This document shows positions 25,860 to 39,697 of a DNA stretch of 64,000 nt, one piece after another (position 1 is the first letter of the stretch; each line of letters begins with the position of its first letter). Position numbers and translations under genes: made by a program. This DNA is from the human T2T-CHM13v2.0 reference genome, Homo sapiens. The stretch is taken from assembly GCF_009914755.1 (NCBI RefSeq), contig NC_060937.1. One strand, written 5' to 3'. The notes under the pieces were generated by a model. The model made no database searches. It was not told where the DNA came from and saw only the letters and a program-made list of their open reading frames with translations.

Positions 25860-28083
25860 GCACTTTTGTGAAGTTTGGGAAATAAGAATTAACTACATTT
25901 TTGGGGTTTTAGAATAGAGCAGGAAAATTCTGGTGTTAATGATTGCCTATAACCTCAATATAGAAGAATAAGGACGTGGAATTGTACCACATCATCAATA
26001 AAAGTTCTCCTTACCCTAAAATTCTGCAGGTGGGTCCATCATCCTAATCAGTAACACGCAATTTCAAAAAATCTCTGTGGTCAGTTTATTATGCTTGTTA
26101 AGAGTTTTTCTTCTAAAGTAACATACAGAATTTGGATGATCTGAGTGAGTCTGAGCAGGGCCCCAGGTGGATTTATAGGTGTTTAGAATAAAAGGATGCT
26201 TTTACATAAATCAGTACAATTAGTTTTATTATTGCAACCTTGTTTTAGGCATTTATGTTAGCTGGTGACATGACGATGAAATCTTCAGATCCTGATGTTT
26301 CAGTGAACCACAAATAGAAGGAAGTTGACAACTATCACACTATGGAATTGCAACAATTTGCAGAGATGACAGAAAGGGACATCTGTTTCCAGTCAGTGGG
26401 CAGGGAGTTGGTTTCCCGTAGGCAGCTGCCTGCACCTTCTGTAGAAGGCCACCAAGTGCTCAGAGGTTATACACTCGCATTCCCGGAGCTCTTCGGAGAG
26501 CACAAGGCAGGAGGGTCAGTGACGTTCTCGCATTCTTTTTCTGGCTGGCCATTAGAATTAGTAGGCCACATCTAATACGTCCACACAGGTCCAGATATCC
26601 TACACAGGGGTGTGGGTTCCCAAAGAAGGGGGGATTTGTAGGCCCTACACATTTGTTGCTCATCTGTTTGCATCTCAGGCAACTGTGAGCTGGCTGGGCT
26701 TCCTGACTGTGACAGACACAAATTCTAATCCTTGTAGCCTCATTCCTGCAATTGTACCCAGACCCTTGCCTGCTAGGAAGCCCAGGAGATGCCTTCTCTT
26801 ACAGGGAACCAGTCTTGGACCCTGCGCCATGTTGATCCAGAACTGATGTGGACTCTTTTCCGTTGATTTTCAATGTGAAGGGAAAGGGACAAGTGGGGTT
26901 AAATAGAACCAGACCTGGCCACCCTGTTTACTTTAGAAAGCAAAGGAACAACCTAGAAACACATGTCTTAGTAGGAACACAAATTAAGAAATAGTGGCCC
27001 TCCTCACACCAGAAAAGGATTGCAATTATCATATTTAGCCTAACAATACCAGTCAAGTTTCCCCTTCCCAGATCCACCAGTGTAGCCCTGCCAAGAGCAG
27101 CAGCAATTTACTTGCCAGTTCATGAAGTCTTTCTAAAATTGTATTTTATTAAAGTCTTTTATTTCACTTTCAGCGAACATTTATTATTTGCCTCCTACAA
27201 GCCAGCACACCGCAAGACATTTGGGACAGAAAGGGTAAGCTGCAGTCCACAGCTGTAGAGGGCCAGGCTAAGTGCTAAGAGCCTGAAACGCACAAGTTGT
27301 GAAATCCTTATCTGCTTTTTCCTACCACCTTTTTCAACTTAAGAAAAATGACGCTATTAATATTGATGTCCAGCAGGCCAACATTTCTTTTTGTAAATTG
27401 TCAAGACTGAAGTTAACAGTGAACAAGTCCAGATCCCATCCTGCCATGTAGATCCAGTGTAGCCTGGGGATAATTCAACCCTTAGCCTCCATTTTTTTTT
27501 TTTCTGTAAAATAGGCATGATCATAAGTCCCTCTGTCCCCTAGAAGACATCAAAATAATAAAAAAAAATGGACATGAAAGATGTCCATTATTCTCATAAA
27601 AGATGCTACCTAGATCCAGCGTAGGAATATTTTATGATGGCTTTGATCTTCATCTTTCTGTAGACATGGGGTTTAACAATTTAAATTCTTTCTGGCTTTG
27701 TTTTTCTAAGATTGCCACATAGGTAGATTATGTAATCCTAGCATCTTCTGTGTGGTTGTTCTCTGGCTGCATAAGACATTGCAGGAAAATGATAGTATAG
27801 TTACAGTGTCTGGTTTGTTAAATGATGGACTTTCATCATTATCAAAGGATAATTCTTTTCCAAATAGCTGAGATGGATGGGGAAACCAGTACTAGCCAGG
27901 AAGCTACCCTTCAGCCTGCTTCCCCCATCTGCAAAAGAACTGAATGGATGGATGATGTCCTACAGCACAGTCCCTCCTCCTTCCACGTTGTCTGCTGTGC
28001 CTCTCCCACTCAGAACAGAGTCACTAAAGGCTTAACAAGAACAATTAATGCAGTGGTCACAGACCTGACCTCCTGTAGATATC

Positions 28084-28530
28084 TGGATTCATTTCCTAGG
28101 GCTGCTGGTAGAAAATGCCACAGACCGGGCTGCTTTAACCATAGAAATGATTGCCTTGCATTTCTGGAGGCTGGAAGTCAAAGATCAAGGTGTTGACAGG
28201 GTTGGTTCCCTCTCAGAGCAGTGAGAGAAAATCTGTTCCAGGTCTCTCCTAACTTCTGTTTTTTTGGCAATCTTCTGCATTCCTTGGCTTATAGAAGCAT
28301 CACCCTGATTTTTCTTTCCTCTTCACGTGCGGGCCTTCCTGTGTCTGTGTCTGTGTCCAAATTTGCCCTTTTTATAAGGACATGAGTCATACTGGATTAG
28401 GGCTCACCCTATTTACCTCATTTCAACCTAATTGTATCTGCAATGACCCTATTTCCAAATAAGGTCATATTCAGAGATACTAAGGGCTAGGGCTTCAACA
28501 TTTGATTGGGGGGGGAATACTTAATGTATA
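28084..28530 (-). mobile_element. MLT1 (MLT1C-like) MaLR LTR
   Basis: tttcctagggctgc...tctggaggctggaagtcaaagatcaaggtg...ccctatttccaaataaggtcatattc. Confidence 0.8.
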
Positions 28531-28553
28531 ATGATATTTTTTTCATTGAGGTA

Positions 28554-28916
28554 TGATATGGTTTGGCTGTGTCCCCACCCAAATCTCACCTTGAATTGTA
28601 GTTCCCATAATCCCCATGTGTCATGGGAGGACCCGGTGGGAGGTAATTGAATCATGGGGGTAGGTTTTTCCCATGCTGTTCTCATAATAGTGAATAAGTC
28701 TCACAATATCTGATGGTTTTAAAAAGGGTAGCTCCCCTGCACACACTCTCTTGCCTGCTGCCACGTAAGACATGCCTTTGCTCCTCCTTTGCCTTCTGCC
28801 ATGATTGTGAGGCTCCTCAGCCATGCGTAACTGTGAGTCCGTTAAACCTCTTTTTCTTTATAGATTAACCAGTCTCAGATACGTCTTTATTAGCAGCATG
28901 AGAACAGACTAATGCT
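28554..28916 (+). mobile_element. THE1B-like solo LTR
   Basis: tgatatggtttggctgtgtccccacccaaatctca...cagcatgagaacagactaat; TSD aggta/aggtg. Confidence 0.9.
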
Positions 28917-29117
28917 AGGTGTTCTGGGTTCCTTCTGTATAAAATTCTCAGTAATAACTAACCAGATAAAAGACTGAATTGCCTTTTTCTTTTTTTTAAT
29001 AAGTGATGTGGTACTTTTATTCCCTGAAAAAAATCCTCTCTCAGCTGGGTTTGTGAAGTCACAGTGACTTTCAGGTGCTTACTGTTTTTATTCAGACTAA
29101 AAAAATTATTAGGTGGG

Positions 29118-29420
29118 GGCTGGGCGCTGTGGCTCAACGCCTGTAATCCCAGCACTTTGGGAGGCCAAGGCAGGCAGACCACAAGGTCAGGAGATCGAGA
29201 CCATCCTGGCTAACATGGTGAAACCCCATCTCTACTAAAAATACAAAAAAGTAGCCGGGTGTGGTGGCAGGCGCCTGTAGTCCCAGCTACTCGGGAGGCT
29301 GAGGCAGGAGAATGGCGTGAGCTCTGGAAGGCAGAGCTTGCAGTGAGTTGAGATCGCGCCACTACACTCCAGCCTGGGCGACAGAGTGAGTCTCTGTCTC
29401 AAAAAAAAAAAAAAACAAAA
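29118..29420 (+). mobile_element. AluY
   Basis: Diagnostic gagatcgagaccatcctggctaac, aatggcgtga and gagcttgcag. Confidence 0.93.
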
Positions 29421-29526
29421 TTGTAGATGGGTCTCCTTCTTGACAGGCATTGAACTAGTTGCTGAGAATGTAATGAAATGCTTGGCCATTGTCCTCAAAG
29501 AACTAGTAAAGGGAACAAACATGTAA

Positions 29527-29890
<364 letters not shown>

Positions 29891-29919
29891 AGTTCTCAAT
29901 TTTCATAGTAAATTTCCAT

Positions 29920-30465
29920 AATTAAATTGTCTTAAATGTGGATCTGAGTGTATTTTTATGCTGTTTAAACCCTTCAATAAGCTTCAGCTTGACATTATGA
30001 AATAGTCCATGATTCCTAACAAGACTTAAAGACTCTCCACAATCTAACTTGTTTCCATGGCAACTTTCCCTTGTACTCTGTGCTCCACCATGGTAGCTCC
30101 TGGAATGTTCCTGGCCCTCTCCAGCATCTGGGGCCTTGCCTATACCTAGAGCAGGGTCGTCTATTTTTCCCATTCCATGGCCCCTCCCCTGTCACCACAT
30201 CAACTCCTACACATCTTTCAGGCATCCAGGATCTTTCCTGATCACTCTCCACTCCTCCCCTACCTACCATCAACTCCCAGAGCACTGACTGTAACTTTTA
30301 TGCCATTTATCATTCATTTAATATATTTGTTTTCCAATACATGGACGGGGACTCTGGGGAGCAGGAACTGGGTCTCCCTTATAGTCCATGGTATCTGCTG
30401 CATGGAATACTGTGTCTGGCATGTAATAGGTGTTCAATGGCTGTTTTGCTAAATGAATGAATGAA
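29920..30465 (+). mobile_element. L2 3' end
   Basis: gtgtctggcatgtaataggtgttcaatgg...aatgaatgaatgaa. Confidence 0.75.
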
Positions 30466-30582
30466 ACATGCAACAGATCATGGGGATTTGGGGATCATGT
30501 CCCCAAAATAAGCTTAAAATTTGAAAATAAAAATAAATGATTTATTACCAGTCACAAAAAACTTAAATTTTAAATTATCGTA

Positions 30583-30721
30583 GGCTAGGCATAGTGATTC
30601 ACGCCTGTAATCTCAGCACTTTGGGAGGCCAAGGCTGGAGGATCATGTGAGGCCAGGAGTTTGAGACCAGCCTGGGCAATATAGCAAGAGCCCATCTCTA
30701 CAGAAATTCTACAATTTTTAA
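30583..30721 (+). mobile_element. FLAM/Alu left monomer
   Basis: Single Alu monomer; TSD aaattttaaattat. Confidence 0.85.
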
Positions 30722-32685
30722 AAATTTTAAATTATTGCAGAGCTCTTGGAAATGTTTGAAAGCATGAACAAATAGATTGAAAATGACTTGGTAGTGACTT
30801 CTATTGGTGCCCAGAGAGCCCTGGGAGGGCCACAGGCAGATAAGCAAGGCACTTTCCCTGCATCCTGCTGTGCCTCCCGCTCCTTCTCCTTGCCACTCTC
30901 TCCTGTGTGATTGTTTTGTGTTTGATTTGCCTCCTACCCAGTCTTCATTCATTTACCTTCTTCCCTTTCCTGTAGCTCACATGCATGGTTTGTCCTGATA
31001 CGAGCACACAAACACTAGCTGGATATTGCCCTCCGTGCTGCACGGCGGGTCCCTGTGCCCCGGAGCCCCACTCCTCCTCGGCTGCTCCACACACTGGAAA
31101 CTGCATCTGACAGAAAGATTAAACGTCTGCATTTTATCACCTTTGTTGAACAAAAGTCCATGGCTTCTTCATTTCAGGAGTGAGTTCAGTGTTTGGTTTT
31201 TTTCTTTGAAAATAAATCAGGTTTGACTTTTGGGGGCCCCCAAATGATTCCCAATCTCAAAATAGGCTGGTAGCTGCCTGTGTCAGAATTCTGAGCTTTT
31301 CTGGGTCATAATGCCAGTTAGCATTTCTCAAACCATGGCGCTGCTTTTGGGCCAGCAGAGTCCGAAAAGAAATAATAGGATGTATGTTGTAGTTAGATGA
31401 GTTCATGCTGAGAAATACGTGTCTCCACACGCAGAGATTTAAAAGGCCTGAATATTCATACGGTCTTATCAAAGCCACTCACTGGTTATTAGTTCTTCAT
31501 AGCAAGTGAAAGATATGTAAATCCTCAGAGGTTCATGGTATATCCAGGCTGAATAAATCTGAACCTTAAAAAAGAATTGGCACATTGAATTTTTCGTAGA
31601 TGTTCATCCATCTCTGCTGTTCACTCATATAACAAGGTGTTTCTTTCTCAGGCTGCTGTCCTGCCTAGAGTATGGCAAAAGCCCAGATGAAATTGCGATT
31701 GCTTTGTCTCCAAACTGTATTTGATTTAGCTTTATGTTGATACCATTTATCTTCTTTTGCTTCAAACATTTTACATTGCCGAAGATGGCTTTGAAAGCAG
31801 AACACCCACATTTGGTATCACTGCATTCATTTCTCTTATGTTTTGGCTTCAATTCAGTGCTTTTAATATTCATGAAGGTTGAAAAAATAAACATCCTAGA
31901 CTATTTCCTCTGAATGGAAATGTTATGGTTTCAAACCCTAGAGAAAACAACTGGTAAGTTCTACAAACCCACATCTTCTCCCCGTCAGTTGGAAAGTGGC
32001 CCCAGCTTGGCAGAAGTCACAGCCCCCTTGACACTCTGGGGCTTTCCAGAGCAGATGGCCAGGGGGCCTGTGTTAGGGAAGAGGAGAGAGTCAGCAGACA
32101 TGAATATTTAAAGACTCCCTTTGGAATCATAGATACTAGAACCTTTTCAGTTGATTCAGAATTATATTATTTCTGTCACGAAGAATATAGAGGAATCATT
32201 TATTCCGTTGACTTCTCTGTGTTCAAATGAACATCATTGAAATTTTTTCTTAGTCCTCTCTCCTTCATTTACATTGAGCCTGTATTGATTTTCATCCTCT
32301 CTAAAATTAGCTCAGCCAGTCCCTTCTATATAGAGAAGAATTCCTATGGAATATCAGAGCACGGAATAGAGAGCAAGAACTCCACGCAAATTCGAAAGCC
32401 AACCTTTAAAGAGAAAGAAAATGATTACTCTAAATAATTAAAAGAAAACTGATACTCAGAAGTGGTGTTTCAATAATAGAACAGTTGTAGGATTCCTGTG
32501 CCGTGGTAACTCCGTGGATTACCCATCTTGTTGACTTTCCGTCACTATTGTCCAAGATGACATTCCCAGACTCACCAGCTCTCTTCTTCCCTCCCTTGCA
32601 TTCAGAGGGTGGTCCCATGCCTCAGGCTGATGGCTGCACTGTTTCATAAATGGCAGTGAAAGTTCTCCCTTATTCTTCCACAGTA

Positions 32686-32825
32686 CAAGGTGAGCCTCCC
32701 TAATGTGAAAATACGAAATCTGAAGTGCCCCCAAATCGGAAACGTTCTGAGACCTGACAGGATGCCACGGGTGAACAGTTCGACCCCTGAGCTCATGTGC
32801 TGAGTCGCAGTCAAAACACAGATGC
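32686..32825. mobile_element. Partial Tigger4b-like end (local copy of the element at 34924)
   Basis: ta-caaggtgagcctccctaatgtgaaaat...; only one terminus present. Confidence 0.8.
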
Positions 32826-33029
32826 CTCTCTTTTTCAAAACTTCTCTGTATCATCTATCTTCTCTGTCTTTTTTGGGAATCCCTGCAATTTTTCTATGTG
32901 CTTAAGGCTAACAACCTCTTCCCGAGGTTATGTTCTGCATCTCTGTGGCTGACTCACAAGCCGCTAACAACCTCTTTCATTCCTACCACTTCCCACTGAG
33001 GATGCTGAAGAGACAAATATGGGCATCCC

Positions 33030-33388
33030 CAGCCTCCATCGTAAATGTGCGTGACCATGTGAGCCAGAGTGGGCCGGAGAGCACCAGGGAAGTCACCGGA
33101 CGTCCAGCACGCAGGCAGAGCTGGTGGGGGCTGCCTTCTCTCCCTTCCCTGAAGGCAGATGGGATGCCCGTTGCCATAGTGACCATCCTGGAACGGTGAG
33201 GCTGCAAGCAAGAGGAAAGGTGGCCCACATGAGGGTGGCGGTGCTAAAGCACTGAAAGTCCTGGGCACCTGAGAGCACCAAGAAGGCAGATATATCCTTC
33301 AGAATTACATTGGGTCACAAATCAACCACTGTTTGTTTGAGCCACTGTTTGCCGAATTTTTAGTTACATACAAACACAACCTGATACT
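33030..33388 (+). mobile_element. Old MLT1 (J/K-like) LTR
   Basis: tgtttgagccactgttt...ttagttacatac...cctgatac terminus. Confidence 0.45.
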
Positions 33389-33441
33389 CCCCTCCATGCT
33401 ACCCCTGAACAAAATGAAGATTTTCAAAAAACCTTGCCAGC

Positions 33442-33707
33442 GGCCGGGCTCAGTGGCTCATGCCAGTAATCCCAGTGCTTTGGGAGGCCGAGATGGGAGG
33501 ATCCCTTGAGCCCAGGAGTTTGAGACCAGCCTGGCAACACAGTGAGACCTCGTCTCTACAAAAAATAAAAAATTAGATGTGGTGGCGCTGCACCTCGACA
33601 ATGGCTGGAGCCCATGAGTTTGAGGTTGCAGTGAGCTGTGATCATGCCAGTGCACTCAAACCTGGGCAACAGAGCGAGACCCTGTCTCTAAAAAAAACCC
33701 AAAATCC
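33442..33707 (+). mobile_element. AluJ with internal deletion
   Basis: Alu dimer; TSD aaaccttgcc. Confidence 0.9.
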
Positions 33708-33799
33708 AAACCTTGCCTAATCCTGTGACTACTTGTACATTTTTAATTCCCCTATCCCCATGGGCTTTTCCCTAATGTCACTGAACTTCCCGAACGTGA

Positions 33800-34625
33800 A
33801 CTCCCAAAATGCTTTAAATGACTGTGCTCTGTTGCTCCACGGTTCTCTCCAGCTTGTAGGTAGGGCAGCCCCACGTGCTCCTGTGCTGCCCCACGTGCCT
33901 TTGCTCCTTGCACAACGTGGGGCTTTTCTCTCATGGGTCATGAGGGTCTTTCTAGTCTCTGAGACCCATAGGTCTTTGCCAGTCTGCCCCTTAGCCTGCC
34001 TGCAGCATTTAATGCTGTTCTCCTCTCCCTCCACGCTGACACTCTCCCCTCACTTCTGCACTGCACCTGGAATGATCTTTTAACAATGTGAATCAAACCA
34101 TGTTCCTTCTCTCTTTCAAACCCTTTAATGATGTAGAATTATACTTAGAACCCAGATACCTGCTAACAAGTCCCAGTCTGGCCTGGCCCTGTCCTGTTAG
34201 CTTCCCCGTAAAGCACTATCTGCCCACCTCCGCCCCCATCCCCCACCCCGCCCAGTTCCTCCTGTGCATTAGGCCTTGCACTCAGGGCCTTTGTGTGGGC
34301 TATTGCCTCTGTGTGCAGCTCCCCAAACTCTCTTGCCAATTTCTGCACCTTCTGGGGGACTCAGCTCAAATACTACCTCGTGAGGGAATCCCTAAGCCCT
34401 CTCTGCAATGGCATCAAAATGCTTTCTTTCATTGCCATTTATGACAAGAATGTTAATTGTGTTATTTGTTTCGTGTTAACATGTTTCCCCTTCCCCAGAA
34501 TGTAAGCATCTTCAGATGAGGAACCTTATGTGGTTTTTTTTTCGTCATTGTGTGCCCAGCAAGTGGCTCAGTGTCTCACACATAACATGGGCTCAAAAGT
34601 ATTTTTTGGTTGGATAACAAATGAA
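33800..34625 (+). mobile_element. L2 3' region
   Basis: accatgttccttctctctttcaaaccctttaatg...cagtgtctcacacataacatgggctcaaaag...aatgaa. Confidence 0.65.
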
Positions 34626-34923
34626 GGCTCAGTGCCATCTCACTGTCTGTCAGATAGAATCTCAGCCACCCAGCTGCCATGCATGGGCCTTAGGGTCTGG
34701 CTGCAGCCGACCTGTCACGCCTCCTCCACATCCCCCACATGGGAGGAACTACTCAGCCTTGCCGCCGGTGTTCCTTTCGTCCTGCTGGTCCTGCCTCTCC
34801 AGCTCCCTCCTGTTGCTATTTTAATATGAAAACTGCACCCACTTTGACAAGACCAGTTCATGACACATTTTGGATTTGTCCCCAACCAGAAGTGACCTCT
34901 GCCTCCCTTGTTCTTCCACAGTA

Positions 34924-35283
34924 CAGGGTGAGCCTCCCTAATGTGAAAATCCAAAATCTGAAGTGCCCCCAGATCAGAAACTTTCTGAGACCTGACAGGA
35001 CGCCACGGGTGGACAATTCCACACCTGGGCTGATGTGCTGAGTCGCAGCCAAAACACAGATGCATAGAACACGGTTCATTTAACGTCCCTAAGGGAAAAA
35101 GAAAATCACCTTCAGGTTATGTCTGTGAGGTATATATGAAATGTAAATGAATTTCGTGTTTAGACCTGGGTCCTATCTCCAGGATACCTCATGATGTATA
35201 TGCAATTATTCCAAAATTCAAGAAAATCTGAGCTCCAAAATACTTCTGGCCCCAAGCTTTTCAATTAAGGGATATTCAACCTG
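34924..35283. mobile_element. Tigger4b-like DNA transposon, complete
   Basis: TA-cagggtgagcctccct...agggatattcaacctg-TA: both terminal inverted repeats and TA duplication. Confidence 0.85.
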
Positions 35284-35629
35284 TATATTGCTTTATCTTC
35301 ATTATGGCTCCTGTCCTATGCTAAGCAGTTCGAATGTAAGATGCCACAGAAGTGACTGTGCCCCATGGGCTCTGGTGTCATCCCCCACCCCCCTCGACTG
35401 ACGAGTGCAGAACCTTGTTTGACAGGCATGCTGGATAAGCAGTGGGCTGTGATGGTGGGTGCTCTGCCCGTCGTGAGGCTGAGAGCACTGAACAGTCTGC
35501 AATACCTGAACCAAATGGAAGTAAATTAGAAGCAGCTTGAGCTGGGGGAAGAATCTTGAAGCCCGTGGCCAACGTTGAAAAGAGCCTTCATCAGAGTGTG
35601 AAGTGGCATCCAAGACAGGGAAAAGCCAG

Positions 35630-35940
<311 letters not shown>

Positions 35941-36671
35941 GGGGAAAGCTGGAGAGTTGAGGTTTGGGGACCTGTTATAAACTTACCCACACAGTGATGG
36001 ATGCTCCCCGTACAGTAGAAAAAATGTAGCACGGAAGCACGTCAGCTTAGCTGGCTGAGCAGATGTTGTGCTGAATGTGGATCTCAGAGGGGAACAGAAA
36101 GGAAAAAGGCCTCTGGTGTGGTCCTCAGAAAACAGCACCTACCTCCAGTCTCTTGGGATTAGCCAGAGAAGAAACGCCAGGGAGCATTTTGCTTGGGGAT
36201 TCCTTGGTGTCTGTTTTGTCGCAGCTTCCCGCAAGAAAGAACCCTTTTCATCACTTGAGTAACCATTGCCCCCTCCCCACAAAGGAAAATAAACAGGAAA
36301 ATTTCCCTCTGGGGTGGCTCTCGAGCATCAGCTGTAGCTGCTGTAGCAAAAGATCAAACCCAAATACTTGCACCTTGTGGTCATTGGCATCAAAGGCTGC
36401 AGGTTTTCTTTCCACCTAATTTTAATATGCTTGTGAGCCTTGGGAGGCTTAATTAAAACTGCAGGGGAGCCAAAGTAAGCACACAAAGGAACTGTTTTGA
36501 TGCTTCAAAAACCCAAGCAAACAGAATCTGGATTATTCAATTAGGTATGCTTATGGGATTTGTCCTGGGTGTTTTGATTGCTCAAAGCCTGCTGGGGAAG
36601 TCAGTTATGAGGTTTAGACCTGAAAGGAACCATAGTTAATGCCCCCCAAATTTCACTTTTCATCTTCTTAG

Positions 36672-37020
<349 letters not shown>

Positions 37021-37189
37021 TGTGTGTGGATTTTTATTCCAACTTCTGTTTCCTCAGCTGCTTCTTCTACAGATGCCAGATAACATGGCAGGGCCAGCTC
37101 AGTTTCCCATCTTAATTTTCTGCCTCGCTTGGCGGGGATGTTCTTGGATTCCCTTCCTATTTTCCCTGATGGTTTTGGCTATGCAGGAT

Positions 37190-39040
37190 AGCCTGGCAGT
37201 TCTGAGCACAGGATCTCTAAGCTAGACCGCTTCTGTCTGCTTGGCCCCAGACATATCACCTAATCTCTTTATGCCTCTTAATACCATCTGCAAAATGAAA
37301 TTCAAGATCACAGGGTTTCCTCTGTTAATTCAGTTTCTTTTTTTTCTTTTTAAATTCATGTTAAAGTGCTTAGCACAATGCCTGGCTCAGGATGAGTGTT
37401 GAGTAAATGACAGCAGTGATCGTGATTACACTAGGACGTAGGTAGGTGCCTATCAGTCAGGTGTAGCCAGTGGTTATGGGAAGACTGGGAGGGTGCACAC
37501 CTAGGCCTTCCCAAGGGCATGGGGGTAGACCCAGCTTCAGTGCTGCACTCAAGCCCAGTCTAAGGCAGCCTCAAAGGCCACGTGACAGATACTCACACAA
37601 GCTGAAGTTGGTGGAGTGTCTGTCCACGGGACTGGCTTACCCAGAGTACATTTCAAGTGACAAGGACTCTTGCAGTGAGCTTGGCTGCAGCTAATTTGTC
37701 ATTACATCATGAAACTCTCCCTCTGAAAATGGAACTCAGAGTCCAATTCACAGAGGAATTTATTGCCAAGATCACAGCCACAGCAAGACCTGGAGGCAGG
37801 CAGCTCTGTCTCTTGGGGCTGAGTCAGTCTGGGCTGATGGTGAGTACCATGCAGGCCCCTCCTAGAATGTATGCTTGTAGCTAACCAGCTCCAAATAAAC
37901 TCATATGCAAAGGCCTAGGAGGAAAACTACCCAAAAGAAAAGGTTTACCTGATGCTAACTTAAGAATCCAAATGAAAATACTTAGTGTCAGTTGCTAACA
38001 GTTTATGAAGTGGTGTTACCTGTGCTGGGCCTTAACTTCTTTTCCAGATGTTTCTACCCCAACAAAGCAGCCTGTATAGGATTTCTAGTATGTACGGGTA
38101 GGCTGTGTAGAAAACAGCTTCCCTTTCATTGTCTCTAGTGAATCCATTAGGTAAGTGTCTGCCTGTGACAGAGCAGCCACTGAGAATACAGGGATGTAGA
38201 GAACGTGTACCTCACACTAGGAGGCTGTCAGTCTAGTGACGAAGTGAGTACACATAGGCATGGCATTGAGCTGATACAGATCGCAAGGCACAGTGGCAGG
38301 AACACGCTCTGCAGGGTCTGCAGCCTTGATTCCAATGGTGGCTTTTACCTCCGGTCAGCAGTGTGACCTTAGGAAGATTATTTGACATTTCTGAACAAAC
38401 CATCCTCATCTACCAAATGAAGGATAACGCTCTTGTGGTAAGGCCACCATATGTATTAAATGAAGGGAAGGCCAGTGACCAGCACAGTGCCTGACAAATG
38501 GTCATCATACAACAAATGGTGGCTCTAGAACTGTTACCATCATAGAGGAACACGGGAGGGAGCAGACCATTCTACCTGGAGAAGCTCAGGCAGTGTTCTT
38601 TCAGCTGTGTCTTGAAGGAGGAAGAGGAATTCTAAAGGCCAGAACAGTGGTGGAGGGGCACTGCCAGCTGAGTGAAGACGGGAAAAGACAAAGAAAAAAA
38701 ACAACGTTGAGGATTTGAAGAAATTCATACAGTTCGGTGTGGCTGAAGTGCAGGCTGCTGGTGACTAAGGGCCAGGAGCTGGGTCCTGAATGAAGGGGCA
38801 AGACCAGGAGTGGACTCAGATACCATTCTGGAGAGTTCGATTTGCCAACTTTAGCAAGAATGTGCCAAAAATCCCAGCTACTGTTACTAAGTGCTAAGGA
38901 TGCTACTAAGCTAAGCTATATATATATGTAAAACATTGGATGTCCAGCAAACACCCTACAAAGATGACACTCTGTTTTACAAATGAGTAAACTCAGGCTT
39001 ATGGAAATTAAGTTACTTAATCATTAAACTCACCCTATTA
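37190..39040. mobile_element. Cluster of MIR and L2 fragments
   Basis: MIR cores near 37190-37410, 38290-38520 and 38870-39040; L2-like sequence near 38140-38290 and 38540-38860. Confidence 0.5.
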
Positions 39041-39301
39041 AATTATGGTGGATTTGGGCAGCTGCCTCCCTGAAGGACATGTTGTCTCAGTTGATATTTC
39101 ATGTAAATTCTGTTGTCTTGTTTTTCGGATTCATAATCACTCATTGTTTTTCTACCTTGGTACAGCAAGCAAATAAACTCTCCACCATTGTCAGACTTGA
39201 ATGAGTTTAGTCAACTTCCCCTGCTGGGCAGTTGATTAGATAGAAGGAGAAGTGGCTCGCTATTATAGTGTAATTTTCTGATACAAAGATTCATTTTTAC
39301 T

Positions 39302-39697
39302 TGGTGTCAGTCCATTTGCATTGCTGTAAAGGAATACCTGAGGCTGGGTAGTTTATAAAGAAAAGAGGTATTTTGGCTCACAGTTGTGCACTCTGAACAA
39401 GAAGCATGGTACCAGCATCTGCTCCTGGTGAGGGCCTCAGAAAGCTTCCAGTAATGGTTGAAGGCAAAGCGGGAGCTGGTATATCACATGCAAGGGAGAG
39501 AACAAGGGGTAGGGGAAGCATCACACTCCTTTAAGCAACGAGATCTCCTGCAAACTCCTTACCATGGAGAGGGCACCAAGCCATTAGTGAGGGATCTGCC
39601 CCCATGGTCCAAACACCTCCCATGAGACCCCACCTTCAACGTGGGGGATCACATCTCAACATGAGATATGGTGGAGGCAAACATCCAAACTATATCA
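39302..39697 (-). mobile_element. MSTB-like MaLR LTR
   Basis: agtccatttgcattgctgtaaaggaatacctgaggctggg...acatccaaactatatca. Confidence 0.85.

Noticed and set aside
28805-28830. PRDM9 hotspot motif in THE1B
   Set aside because: Sequence reads gaggctcctcagccatg, not CCTCCCTAGCCAC.
31652-31959. + strand exon between tttctttctcag and CTG|GTAAGT
   Set aside because: Good splice-like signals, but the frames I translated hit stops and there is no other support; a non-coding exon cannot be excluded.
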